From Candidatus Eiseniibacteriota bacterium (GTDB lineage Bacteria > Eisenbacteria > RBG-16-71-46): a DNA stretch of 64,000 nt. The notes below the pieces were generated by a model that worked only from the letters and a program-made list of their open reading frames with translations, ran no database searches and was not told the origin of the DNA. The stretch lies in assembly GCA_044223005.1 (NCBI GenBank), contig JBGAML010000010.1, forward strand, positions 100,795 through 164,794. The letters run 5' to 3'. A program made the translations under genes and the position numbers. The stretch's first letter is position 1. Every line of letters begins with the position of its first letter. Below are positions 11,352-19,806 of this stretch, in pieces.

Positions 11352-11920
11352 CGCACCCCTCCGACCGACAGTGTCGCCTGCAGGAGCGAGCGCCCGACGA
11401 GCATCGCCACCGAATCCGACGAGGTGTACACGACGCGCTTCGGGCCGTTGCCGGCCTGGAGCTCGTAGGTGTCCGACGTCCGCGGCGTGTACTCGACGCC
11501 GTGCACGGGCGGCCCGGCCTGCTGCACGGAGCTGGGCACGTGCCCCGTCGTGCTGCGGTATTCCTCGATGCGGTTGCGCTGCAGGTAGACGGCGACCTTC
11601 CAGCCGTTGACGTAGTAGTCGTAAGTCGGCGGCGGGGGCAGGTTGAACTCGAGCCACTTCGGCTTTCCGAACCACACGTAGGCATTGAAGAGCAGGAGCG
11701 CGAGCAGCAGCCACTGGCGCAGCGACGGCGCCGACGGCCGCGCGCGCTCGCGCGCGGCGAGCCGCGCGACCTTCAGCTCCTCGCGCTTCAGGACGTCCGC
11801 GACGGCGGCCTCGGCCTCGGCGCGCTCGAGCGCGCGCTGCCGCTGGTCGAGCGTCTCGAACCCGTCGGGCGCCGGCGTGCCTTCCGGCGGGCCGTCCGGG
11901 GCCCGCATCGGTGCGGTCAT
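11348..11920 (-). CDS. Single-pass membrane hypothetical protein with pseudopilin-like C-terminal part
   Basis: ATG 11920 with RBS GAGGGGG; charged helix, one TM, then IEEYRSTTGHVPSS...YELQA. Confidence 0.7.
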   Translation of the reverse strand: MTAPMRAPDGPPEGTPAPDGFETLDQRQRALERAEAEAAVADVLKREELKVARLAARERARPSAPSLRQWLLLALLLFNAYVWFGKPKWLEFNLPPPPTYDYYVNGWKVAVYLQRNRIEEYRSTTGHVPSSVQQAGPPVHGVEYTPRTSDTYELQAGNGPKRVVYTSSDSVAMLVGRSLLQATLSVGGVR

Positions 11921-11988
11921 GGAATGGAATTCCCCCTCGTGCCGGCGCACGGTTGGCGCCGGGAGCGGTGTGGACCTGCTCGTGGGAG

Positions 11989-12015
11989 GTATCGGTGCTG
12001 GGGCGATTCCCTTGA
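11989..12015 (-). promoter_or_regulatory. Sigma28 (FliA/WhiG)-like promoter for the pilin-like gene pair
   Basis: Minus strand TCAAG-N15-CCGATAC. Confidence 0.55.
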
Positions 12016-12028
12016 GGGCCGGCCCCGC

Positions 12029-12057
12029 TTGTTCGCTGTCAGTACCGCTGTTAGCGT
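12029..12057 (+). promoter_or_regulatory. Sigma70-type promoter for mfd
   Basis: TTGTTC-N17-TAGCGT with extended -10 TG. Confidence 0.5.
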
Positions 12058-12140
12058 GCAGGGCGGTGCCGGAACCGGCGCCGAATCGAGCCGCGACCGC
12101 CGTGGGAGACCCCGCGGCGGCTTTCCGCGTTTGGAGCCTC

Positions 12141-15100
12141 ATGTCCACGCCCGACGTCTATCTCCGCGACGAACTTTCCGAGCGCCTGGCCGGGTACGGC
12201 GAGCGCAGCCCCGAGCTGCGCGACCTCCTCGGCTGCGTGCGCGACGGCTGGTCGCGCGCCGACGCGGCGGGCAAGCGCCCGCGCGTCGCGGTGCGCGGGC
12301 TGGCCGGCTCGTCGCGGGCATACGTCGCGGCCTGGCTGCAGCGACGGATCGACGCGCCCGTGCTGTACGTCGTGCCGCACGGCGAGGCGTTCGAGGCCGC
12401 GCGCGACGATCTCGAGTACTTCCGCGGCCGCGGTGCGACGCTCGCGTTCCCCGAACCCGACGCGCTGCCCTACGACCCCTCGTCGCCGCATCCGTCGATC
12501 ACCGCCGACCGCCTCGACGCGCTCGCGCGCCTCGCCGCGGGCGAGAAGGGCGTGGTGCTCGCCACGGTGCGCGGCGTGCTGCAGCGCGTGCCGCGGCCCG
12601 ACAAGCTCGCGCGCGCCGTGCTGGTGCTGCGCGCCAACGAGGAGATCGACGAACGCGCGCTGCTCGAACGGCTGGTGTTCATGGGCTACGAGCGGCTGCC
12701 CGAGGTCGAAGCCGTGGGTACGTTCGCGCGCCGTGGCGGCATCCTCGACGTCTGGCCCGTCGGCCAGCCCGAGCCGCTGCGCGTGGAGCTGGACGGCGAC
12801 ACGGTCGCCTCGCTGCGCCGCTTCGACGCGGGCACCCAGCGCTCGCTCGAGAAGCTGGGCGAGGCGCGCGTGCTGCCGCGCTACGAGATCGTGGTCGAGC
12901 CGCACGAGGCGCCCGCGATCGTCGAGCGGCTGCGCGATGCGGGAGACGAGGCGGCCCAGGGTGGAGCGAACCTCTTCCACGAGGGCATGGAACGCTTCGC
13001 GGGGCTCTACGACGCCGCACTCGGCACGCTGCTCGACCACCTGCCGCCCGACGCGGTGGTGCTCGTGGACGATCCGGCGGCGCTGACCGACCGCGCGCAC
13101 GACCTCGACGACGGCGTCGCGCGCGCGTTCGCCGAAGCGAAGGCGCACTATCCGCTGATCTCGCCGCCCGAGGCGCTCTACCAGCCCGCGTCCGCGTGGG
13201 AGGCGCTGCTCGAGACGCGGCGCGGCGCCGACTTCATGGGCCCGGTCGCCGTCGCGGGCGAGTCCGACCGCTGGGCGCGCACGATCCTCGTGGACTGCCA
13301 GCCGGCCGAGCCGCTGCAGCGCTCGATGGAGAAGCTGCGCAATCATCTCGCCGAGCTGTCCGCGAACGCGCTCGATCCGTTCATCCTGTGCGACAACGCC
13401 GGGCAGCGCGACCGCCTCTGGGAGATGCTCGGCAACGAGCACGGCACGCTGGGGGTCGGCCTCGTCTCCGCCGGATTCACGCTGCGCAGCGCGGGCTTCT
13501 CGCTGCTCACCGATCACGAGATCTTCGCGCGCTACCGGCGCCGCCGCCGACGCATGCGGCGCACGGGCGGGCTCTCGGTCGCGGAGCTCTCGCAACTCAA
13601 GCCGGGCGACTTCGTGGTGCACGAGGACCACGGCGTCGGCGTCTACCGCGGCATGAAGCGCCTCACGCTGGGCGGCCAGGAGACGGACTGCATCGAGCTC
13701 TCCTACGCCGAAAAGGACACGCTCTACGTGCCGGTGCACCAGCTCGCGCTGGTGTCGCGCTACGCCGCGGGCGACGGCGCGCGGCCGAGCCTGCACCGCC
13801 TCGGCTCGACGTCTTGGCAGAAGACGAAGGCGCGCGCCAAGAAGGCCATCCAGGACATGGCGGACGAGCTGATCCGGGCGTACGCGGCGCGCCGCGCGCT
13901 CCCGGGCCACGCGTTCAAGCCGGACAGCGTCTGGCAGCGCGAGCTCGAAGCGTCGTTCCCGTACGACGAGACGCCCGACCAGCTCAAGGCGATCGAGGAC
14001 GTGCGCGTCGACATGGAGACGGGCTCGCCCATGGATCGCCTGATCTGCGGCGACGTGGGCTACGGCAAGACCGAGGTCGCGATCCGCGCCGCGTTCAAGG
14101 CCGTGCAGGACGGCAAGCAGGTGGCGGTGCTCGTGCCGACCACGATCCTCGCGCAGCAGCACGGCATCACGTTCCGCGAGCGGCTCGCGGATTTCCCGGT
14201 GAAGGTCGAGGTGCTCTCGCGCTTCCGCACGCCCAAGGAGCAGAAGGCCGTGCTCGAGCGGCTCGCGCGCAAGGACGTGGACATCGTGATCGGCACCCAC
14301 CGGCTGCTCAGCAAGGACGTCGTGTTCGCGGACCTCGGGCTCGTGGTGATCGACGAGGAGCACCGCTTCGGGGTCGCGCAGAAGGAGAAGATCCGCCAGC
14401 TCACGCGCACCGTGGACGTGCTGGCGCTCACCGCCACGCCGATCCCGCGCACGCTCAACCTCTCGCTGGCCGGCGCGCGCGACATGAGCGTGATCGAGAC
14501 TCCGCCGCAGAACCGGCTGCCCGTGCACACCGAGGTGCTCGAGTACGACCCCGAGGTCGTGACCGACTCGATCCTGCGCGAGATCGACCGCGGCGGGCAG
14601 GTGTTCTTCGTCCACAACCGCGTCGAGACCATCTACAACGCCGCACTGCAGCTCCAGCACTTGGTGCCGCAGGTGCGCGTGGGCGTGGGCCACGGCCAGA
14701 TGAGCGAGCGCGAGCTCGAGCACGTCATGCTCGAGTTCACCGAGGGCCGCCTCGACGTGCTGGTGGCGACCATGATCATCGAGTCCGGGCTCGACATCCC
14801 GACCGTGAACACGCTGATCGTCGACCGCGCCGACACGCTCGGCCTGGCGCAGCTCTACCAGCTGCGCGGCCGCGTCGGCCGCTCGTCGCACCGCGCCTAC
14901 GCCTACCTCATGGTGCCGAGCCGCCGCGTGCTCACCGAGGACGCCGAGAAGCGCCTGCGCGTGATCGAGGAGTTCGACGAGCTGGGTGTGGGTTTCAAGG
15001 TGGCGCTGAAGGACATGGAGATCCGCGGCGCGGGCAACCTGCTGGGGCCCGAGCAGCACGGCCACATCATGGGGCTGGGCTTCGATCTCTACGTGAAGCT

Positions 15101-15662
15101 GCTGGAAGAGGCCGTCGCCGCGCTCAAGGGCGAAGTCGAGGCCCTGCGACCCGAACCGCGGCTCACGACCGACTGGAGCGCGTTCCTGCCGGACGACTAC
15201 GTGCCGGACGAGCACGAGAAGCTGGCGCTCTACCGCCGCCTCGCGGGCACGCGCGACGAGGGCGAGGTCGACGACTTCACGCTCGAGCTCATGGACCGCT
15301 TCGGGCAGTTGCCGCCGCCCGCGGTGGCGCTCGTCGAGCTGCGGCGCCTGCGCGTGCTCGGCCGCGGCGCCGCCGACCAGCCCGCGCTGGTCGAGAGTCT
15401 CAAGGTGATGCACGACGTCGCCGAGGTGACGCTGCGTCGCCCGCTCCTGCCACGCGAGATCGCGGCGGTCGTCGGCTCGCTCACGTTCCAGGTCGAGTTC
15501 TTCAGCGGCCGCGAGTTCGGCCTGCGCCTGCGCGGCGCCGACCTCGTGCTGCTCCACCGCACGCGCGAGCTGCTCGCGACGCTCGTGCGCGCCGCGAGCG
15601 CAGCGGCCACACCGCCCACGCCGGAACCCGCGCCCGCGGGCCCGCGGAAAGGCCGCGCGTGA
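12141..15662 (+). CDS. mfd: Transcription-repair coupling factor
   Basis: UvrB-like N-terminus, RID (VVHEDHGVG), CGDVGYGKTE, DEEH, TATPIPRT, QLRGRVGR, EIRGAGNLLG and TRCF C-terminal domain; ATG 12141 after GGAG. Confidence 0.97.
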   Translation: MSTPDVYLRDELSERLAGYGERSPELRDLLGCVRDGWSRADAAGKRPRVAVRGLAGSSRAYVAAWLQRRIDAPVLYVVPHGEAFEAARDDLEYFRGRGATLAFPEPDALPYDPSSPHPSITADRLDALARLAAGEKGVVLATVRGVLQRVPRPDKLARAVLVLRANEEIDERALLERLVFMGYERLPEVEAVGTFARRGGILDVWPVGQPEPLRVELDGDTVASLRRFDAGTQRSLEKLGEARVLPRYEIVVEPHEAPAIVERLRDAGDEAAQGGANLFHEGMERFAGLYDAALGTLLDHLPPDAVVLVDDPAALTDRAHDLDDGVARAFAEAKAHYPLISPPEALYQPASAWEALLETRRGADFMGPVAVAGESDRWARTILVDCQPAEPLQRSMEKLRNHLAELSANALDPFILCDNAGQRDRLWEMLGNEHGTLGVGLVSAGFTLRSAGFSLLTDHEIFARYRRRRRRMRRTGGLSVAELSQLKPGDFVVHEDHGVGVYRGMKRLTLGGQETDCIELSYAEKDTLYVPVHQLALVSRYAAGDGARPSLHRLGSTSWQKTKARAKKAIQDMADELIRAYAARRALPGHAFKPDSVWQRELEASFPYDETPDQLKAIEDVRVDMETGSPMDRLICGDVGYGKTEVAIRAAFKAVQDGKQVAVLVPTTILAQQHGITFRERLADFPVKVEVLSRFRTPKEQKAVLERLARKDVDIVIGTHRLLSKDVVFADLGLVVIDEEHRFGVAQKEKIRQLTRTVDVLALTATPIPRTLNLSLAGARDMSVIETPPQNRLPVHTEVLEYDPEVVTDSILREIDRGGQVFFVHNRVETIYNAALQLQHLVPQVRVGVGHGQMSERELEHVMLEFTEGRLDVLVATMIIESGLDIPTVNTLIVDRADTLGLAQLYQLRGRVGRSSHRAYAYLMVPSRRVLTEDAEKRLRVIEEFDELGVGFKVALKDMEIRGAGNLLGPEQHGHIMGLGFDLYVKLLEEAVAALKGEVEALRPEPRLTTDWSAFLPDDYVPDEHEKLALYRRLAGTRDEGEVDDFTLELMDRFGQLPPPAVALVELRRLRVLGRGAADQPALVESLKVMHDVAEVTLRRPLLPREIAAVVGSLTFQVEFFSGREFGLRLRGADLVLLHRTRELLATLVRAASAAATPPTPEPAPAGPRKGRA

Positions 15663-16411
15663 CCCGCGCCGCGCTCGCGCTGGCGCTCGCCGCCACGCTG
15701 CTCGCCGGGCCCGCCGCGGCGGCACCGCCGGATTCGCTGGCAACGCCGGGCGGCCTGCGCTTCGGGCCGCGCGACGCCGTCTTCGGCGCGGTGGCCGCGG
15801 GCGCGCTGGCGCTCGCCGCCACGCACGACCGGCGCGGGTCGGCCGAGGCGGCGGGCAACGACACGCGCGTCGCGCTCGATCTCGCCGCCGACGCCAAGCG
15901 CCTCGGCGACCCGGTCACGGTGGGCGCCGCCCTGCTCGCCACCGACCTCGGCGCGCGCGCGCTCGGGCACCCGCGGCTCGGCGCGGCCACCGAACGCATC
16001 GCGCTCGCGTGCGTGGCCGCCGGCCTCGCCACTGCCGGCGCGAAGCTGGCGCTCGGCCGCGAACGGCCGGACGAGAACGCCGACCCCGGCGTCTTCCGGC
16101 CGTTCTCGCACCACGACGCGCTGCCCTCGGGCCACGCGACCACCGCGTTCGCGCTGGCGGCCGCCCTCGACGCCGAGACGCGTACGCCCGTGGTGCCCGC
16201 GATCGCGTACCCGCTCGCGGCCGTCACCGCGTGGTCGCGCGTGCGCGACCAGCGCCACTGGCCGAGTGACGTCGTCGCGGGCGCGGCGCTCGGGGGCTGG
16301 ATCGCGCATCACGCCGACCGCTGGGCGCAGCAACGCCTGCCGCAGGGCCTCTGGGTGATCGTGTTCCCGGCGCACCACGGCGCCGCCGCGCGGGCGGGCC
16401 TGCGGTTCTAG
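15659..16411 (+). CDS. PAP2 family phosphatase
   Basis: GTGA overlap with the mfd stop; K...GRERP, PSGH and SR.....HWPSDV motifs; signal peptide. Confidence 0.88.
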   Translation: MTRAALALALAATLLAGPAAAAPPDSLATPGGLRFGPRDAVFGAVAAGALALAATHDRRGSAEAAGNDTRVALDLAADAKRLGDPVTVGAALLATDLGARALGHPRLGAATERIALACVAAGLATAGAKLALGRERPDENADPGVFRPFSHHDALPSGHATTAFALAAALDAETRTPVVPAIAYPLAAVTAWSRVRDQRHWPSDVVAGAALGGWIAHHADRWAQQRLPQGLWVIVFPAHHGAAARAGLRF

Positions 16412-16443
16412 CCGCCGCGCTCGGCCTCACGTAGGCTGCGCGC

Positions 16444-17259
16444 ATGGACACGCCCGGGTTCGACGCCGCGCGCGACGACCACGTCGCCCTCTACGACGAG
16501 CTACCGCTGTGGTCGGCGCTCGCGGGCCAGCTGCTGCTCGAGCACGTGCCGCTCGCGGCGAGACGCGCGCTCGACGTCGGCTGCGGCGCCGGCTTCCCGC
16601 TGCTGGAACTCGCCGAACGGCTCGGCCCGGGCGCGTTCGCGGCCGGCATCGATCCATGGGCGGCCGGCCTGCGGCGCGCGGCGGCCAAGCGCGCCACGTG
16701 GCTCGTGCCGTGCGCGGCGCTGGTGCGCGGCGACGGGGCGTGCCTGCCGTTCCGCGACGGTGCGTTCGACCTCGTCGTCTCGAACCTCGGCGTCAACAAC
16801 TTCGCCGACGCCGGCGCCGCGTTCGCCGAGTGCCGGCGCGTGCTCGCACCCGGCGGCCACCTGGCGCTCGCGACCAACCTCGTCGGGCACTTCGCCGAGC
16901 TCTACGCCGCACTCGATCGCGTACTCGAACGCGCGGGCGACGCGGCGGCACGCGAGCGGCTGCGCGAGCAGGTGGCGCACCGCGCCACGATCGCCGGGCT
17001 GCGCGAGACGCTCGCGCGCCACGGCTTCGCGGTCACGGCGGTGCACGAGCGCACGGTGCCGTGGCGCTTCGCGACCGGCGCAGCCGTGCTCGCGCACCAC
17101 TTCGTGCGGCTCGGCTGGGGCGACGGCCTGCGCGAGATCGCGGGCGCGAACGCGGACGCCATGCTCGCGGCGCTCGCCGCCGAGATGCACGCCGCCGCGC
17201 ATGGCGGCGCGATCACGCTGACCGTACCGCTCGCGGCCGTGATCGCCGTCGCGCGCTAG
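16444..17259 (+). CDS. Class I SAM-dependent methyltransferase
   Basis: LDVGCGAG, LPFRDGAFDLVVS, RVLAPGG. Confidence 0.88.
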   Translation: MDTPGFDAARDDHVALYDELPLWSALAGQLLLEHVPLAARRALDVGCGAGFPLLELAERLGPGAFAAGIDPWAAGLRRAAAKRATWLVPCAALVRGDGACLPFRDGAFDLVVSNLGVNNFADAGAAFAECRRVLAPGGHLALATNLVGHFAELYAALDRVLERAGDAAARERLREQVAHRATIAGLRETLARHGFAVTAVHERTVPWRFATGAAVLAHHFVRLGWGDGLREIAGANADAMLAALAAEMHAAAHGGAITLTVPLAAVIAVAR

Positions 17260-17951
17260 CCGAAGAGCTTCGCGAGCCCGAATGCCGCGCCGGCGGCCAG
17301 CCCGCCGACGAGCGCGGTCTGCAACGCGCTGCGCACGGGCTTCGCGCCCGTGAAGTGGCCCTTGAGCCAGCCGAACACGAACAGCGCCACCAGCGTGAAG
17401 CCCACCGACATGCCGAGCGCGCGGTGCGCCTCGGACAGGAAGAAGTAGGGCGAGAGCGGCACGAGGCCGCCCGCCACGTACGAGCCGGCGATCGTGAGCG
17501 CGCTCGCGAGCGCGCGCCGCGGATCGGGCTCTTCCAGCCCGAGCTCGAACCGCATCATGAAATCGACCCAGGCCTTCGGCTTGGCCTCCATCGCGGTCAC
17601 GAGCGGCGCGATCGCCTCGTCCGCCAGTCCGTACGCGCGGAACACGCTGCGCACCTCCTCGCGCTCGGCCTCGGTCTTCTCGACGATCTCGGCCTCCTCG
17701 CGCCGGCGCTCGCTGGCGTAGTGCTCGGCGTCGCTGCGCGCGGCGAGGTAGCCGCCCAGGCCCATGGCGATCGAGCCCGCGGCGATCTCGGCGAGCCCCG
17801 CGGTCACCACGATGCGCGTGCCGGCGACGGCGCCGGAGAGGCCGGCGGCGAGCGCGAACGGCACGGTGAGCCCGTCGGACATCCCGATGACGACGTCGCG
17901 GACGGTTTCGCCCGCGGTGAAGTGCTTCTCGACGTGCGGCGTGGCCGGCAT
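17256..17951 (-). CDS. VIT1/CCC1 family Fe/Mn transporter
   Basis: RDVVIGMSDGLTVPFALAAG, AEIAAGSIAMGLGGYL, MMRFELGL. Confidence 0.95.
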   Translation of the reverse strand: MPATPHVEKHFTAGETVRDVVIGMSDGLTVPFALAAGLSGAVAGTRIVVTAGLAEIAAGSIAMGLGGYLAARSDAEHYASERRREEAEIVEKTEAEREEVRSVFRAYGLADEAIAPLVTAMEAKPKAWVDFMMRFELGLEEPDPRRALASALTIAGSYVAGGLVPLSPYFFLSEAHRALGMSVGFTLVALFVFGWLKGHFTGAKPVRSALQTALVGGLAAGAAFGLAKLFG

Positions 17952-18137
17952 GGTGACGCTCCTGCGATTCGTGGCGGAGGAATGCGCCGGCGGGCCCGCC
18001 GGACGCGAGTGCCGCGAGCATCGTCCGGCGCTGCGGCGCCGACAAGCGGGCCGCTGCTTGCCGCACCTCATACGCGGGCCTAATCTCCGCTCCCGCTGGA
18101 CTTCGCCGCCCCATCCATCGAGGGAAAGGACGTCTCC

Positions 18138-19802
18138 GTGAAGCGCTCGCCGTTCCGCGCCGCCGCCGTGGCGCTGCTCGTTCTCGTCACGATCGCCGGC
18201 TGCAGCCCAGGCTCCCGCCCGGTCGCGCGCGTCGGCAACCGCACCATCACCGTGGACGACTTCGCCCGCGCGGCGGAGGTCGCCGCGCCGAACATCCCGC
18301 TGCCGCCCGAGCAGGCGAAGGCGATGCTGCTCGAGAACCTCGTGCGGCGCGAGATGCTGATCGTCGCCGCGCACGCGCACGGGCTGGACACGACGAAGTA
18401 CGCGCGCGGATACCTCGAGGCGAATCGCGAGCAGGTGCTGCTGCAGGCGGTCACGGCGCGCTTCACGCCCTTCGATCCCGGCGTGACCGAGGCCGAGATG
18501 CGCGAGATGTACGAGTGGCAGAAGCAGGCCGGGGACCTGCAGGTGGTGTTCGCGCCCGACCTGCGGACGATCCGGCTCGCGCAGGAGAAGATCGCCGCGG
18601 GCGCCGACTTCGGCGCGGTCGCGGACATGTTCAGCGCGGGCTCGCTGCAGCCCGGGGGCCGCATGGGCCGGCGCTCGCCCGGAACGCTGCCGCTGCCGCT
18701 CGACGACGCGCTGCGCACGCTGCCGGTGGGCAAGATCAGCGAGCCGATCCAGACGCAGCAGGGCTGGTACCTGGTCCGCGTGCTGGACCGCAAGGCGATG
18801 GACGTGCCGCCGTTCGACATGCTGCGCGCCCAGGTCCACGAGATGGTGCGGCAGCGCAAGTGGCAGGCCGCGTTCCTCGACGCGGTCGCGCGGCTCGAGC
18901 GGGCCTACCACGTGAAGGTGGCGCCGGACGCGGCGCAGACGCTGTTCCGGCTCTTCACGCCCGGGCGCGTCCCCGGCGTCGAGCCGTGGCACCCGGACGC
19001 GAAGGAGCAGGCGCAGGTGCTGGCCACGTTCGACGGCGGCACGTTCACGCTCGCCGACGCCATGGAGGACCTCGACCGCGCCGATCTCGAACGGCCCAAC
19101 GGCGCCATGATCCCGGCGCTCTACAACTGGGTGCGCGAACGCTGCATGACCCGGGTCGCGATGCTCGAGGCGAAGTGCCGGCACCTCGCGGAGGAGCCGG
19201 ACGTCGCGCGGACGCTGCGCGACAAGGAGGACGACTACTTCCTGAAGAGCGAAGTGGCGTACGCGCTGTCGTCGCTGCCGCCGCCGGACGCGGCGACCGT
19301 TCGCGCGACGTGGGACGCGGTGAAGGAGCGCTACCCGCAGCTCGTGTGGGCGCGCGTGGCGTGGTTCGACACGCCCGATTCAGCGAAGGCCGGCCGCGTC
19401 GCCGCCGAGCCGCATCCGGCCTCGCTGGCCGACGCGGTGCAGGGCGTCGATCCCGCGGCGGCGCCGGCGGTCGAAGTCGTGCGCTTCCCGAACCCGGACC
19501 CGCGCTGGAACACCGCGATGCCGGAGCTGATGCGGCTGCAGCCCGGCGAGTGGTCGGGCCCGCGTCCGGTCGAGGGCGGGTACCGCGTGCTGCAGCTGCT
19601 CGAGAAGCAGCAGGGCGTGCTCGCGTGGGAGCAGCTCACGCCGCAGATGCAGCAGGCGGTGGCGAACAACGCCATGCAGGGCGCGCGCGAACAGCGGGCG
19701 CAGGCGTACACGGATTCGCTGCGCCGCGCGATCAACCCGGTCCCGATCCCGGACGCCCTGACCCACGTGCCGTGGCCGGCGCCGAGCGCGATCGAGCCCT
19801 GA
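18138..19802 (+). CDS. PpiC-type peptidyl-prolyl isomerase lipoprotein (PrsA/SurA-like)
   Basis: Lipobox IAGC; VARVG...IT..DF; GADFGAVA..FS; G.ISEPIQT..GWYLV parvulin motif plus a second degenerate copy. Confidence 0.82.
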   Translation: MKRSPFRAAAVALLVLVTIAGCSPGSRPVARVGNRTITVDDFARAAEVAAPNIPLPPEQAKAMLLENLVRREMLIVAAHAHGLDTTKYARGYLEANREQVLLQAVTARFTPFDPGVTEAEMREMYEWQKQAGDLQVVFAPDLRTIRLAQEKIAAGADFGAVADMFSAGSLQPGGRMGRRSPGTLPLPLDDALRTLPVGKISEPIQTQQGWYLVRVLDRKAMDVPPFDMLRAQVHEMVRQRKWQAAFLDAVARLERAYHVKVAPDAAQTLFRLFTPGRVPGVEPWHPDAKEQAQVLATFDGGTFTLADAMEDLDRADLERPNGAMIPALYNWVRERCMTRVAMLEAKCRHLAEEPDVARTLRDKEDDYFLKSEVAYALSSLPPPDAATVRATWDAVKERYPQLVWARVAWFDTPDSAKAGRVAAEPHPASLADAVQGVDPAAAPAVEVVRFPNPDPRWNTAMPELMRLQPGEWSGPRPVEGGYRVLQLLEKQQGVLAWEQLTPQMQQAVANNAMQGAREQRAQAYTDSLRRAINPVPIPDALTHVPWPAPSAIEP

Positions 19803-19806
19803 TCCC

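Noticed and set aside
12056..12072. Sigma54-like CGGCAC...TGCA on the minus strand before the pilin pair
   Set aside because: GG-to-GC spacing is 9 nt, not the required 10
11501..15658. Very long alternative-frame and antisense ORFs (e.g. 11501..16411 upstream part, 12051..15743, 23078..26140, 36356..39451, 53191..56568)
   Set aside because: Arg/Ala/Pro-rich shadow frames expected at this GC content; they overlap well-supported genes and carry no motifs
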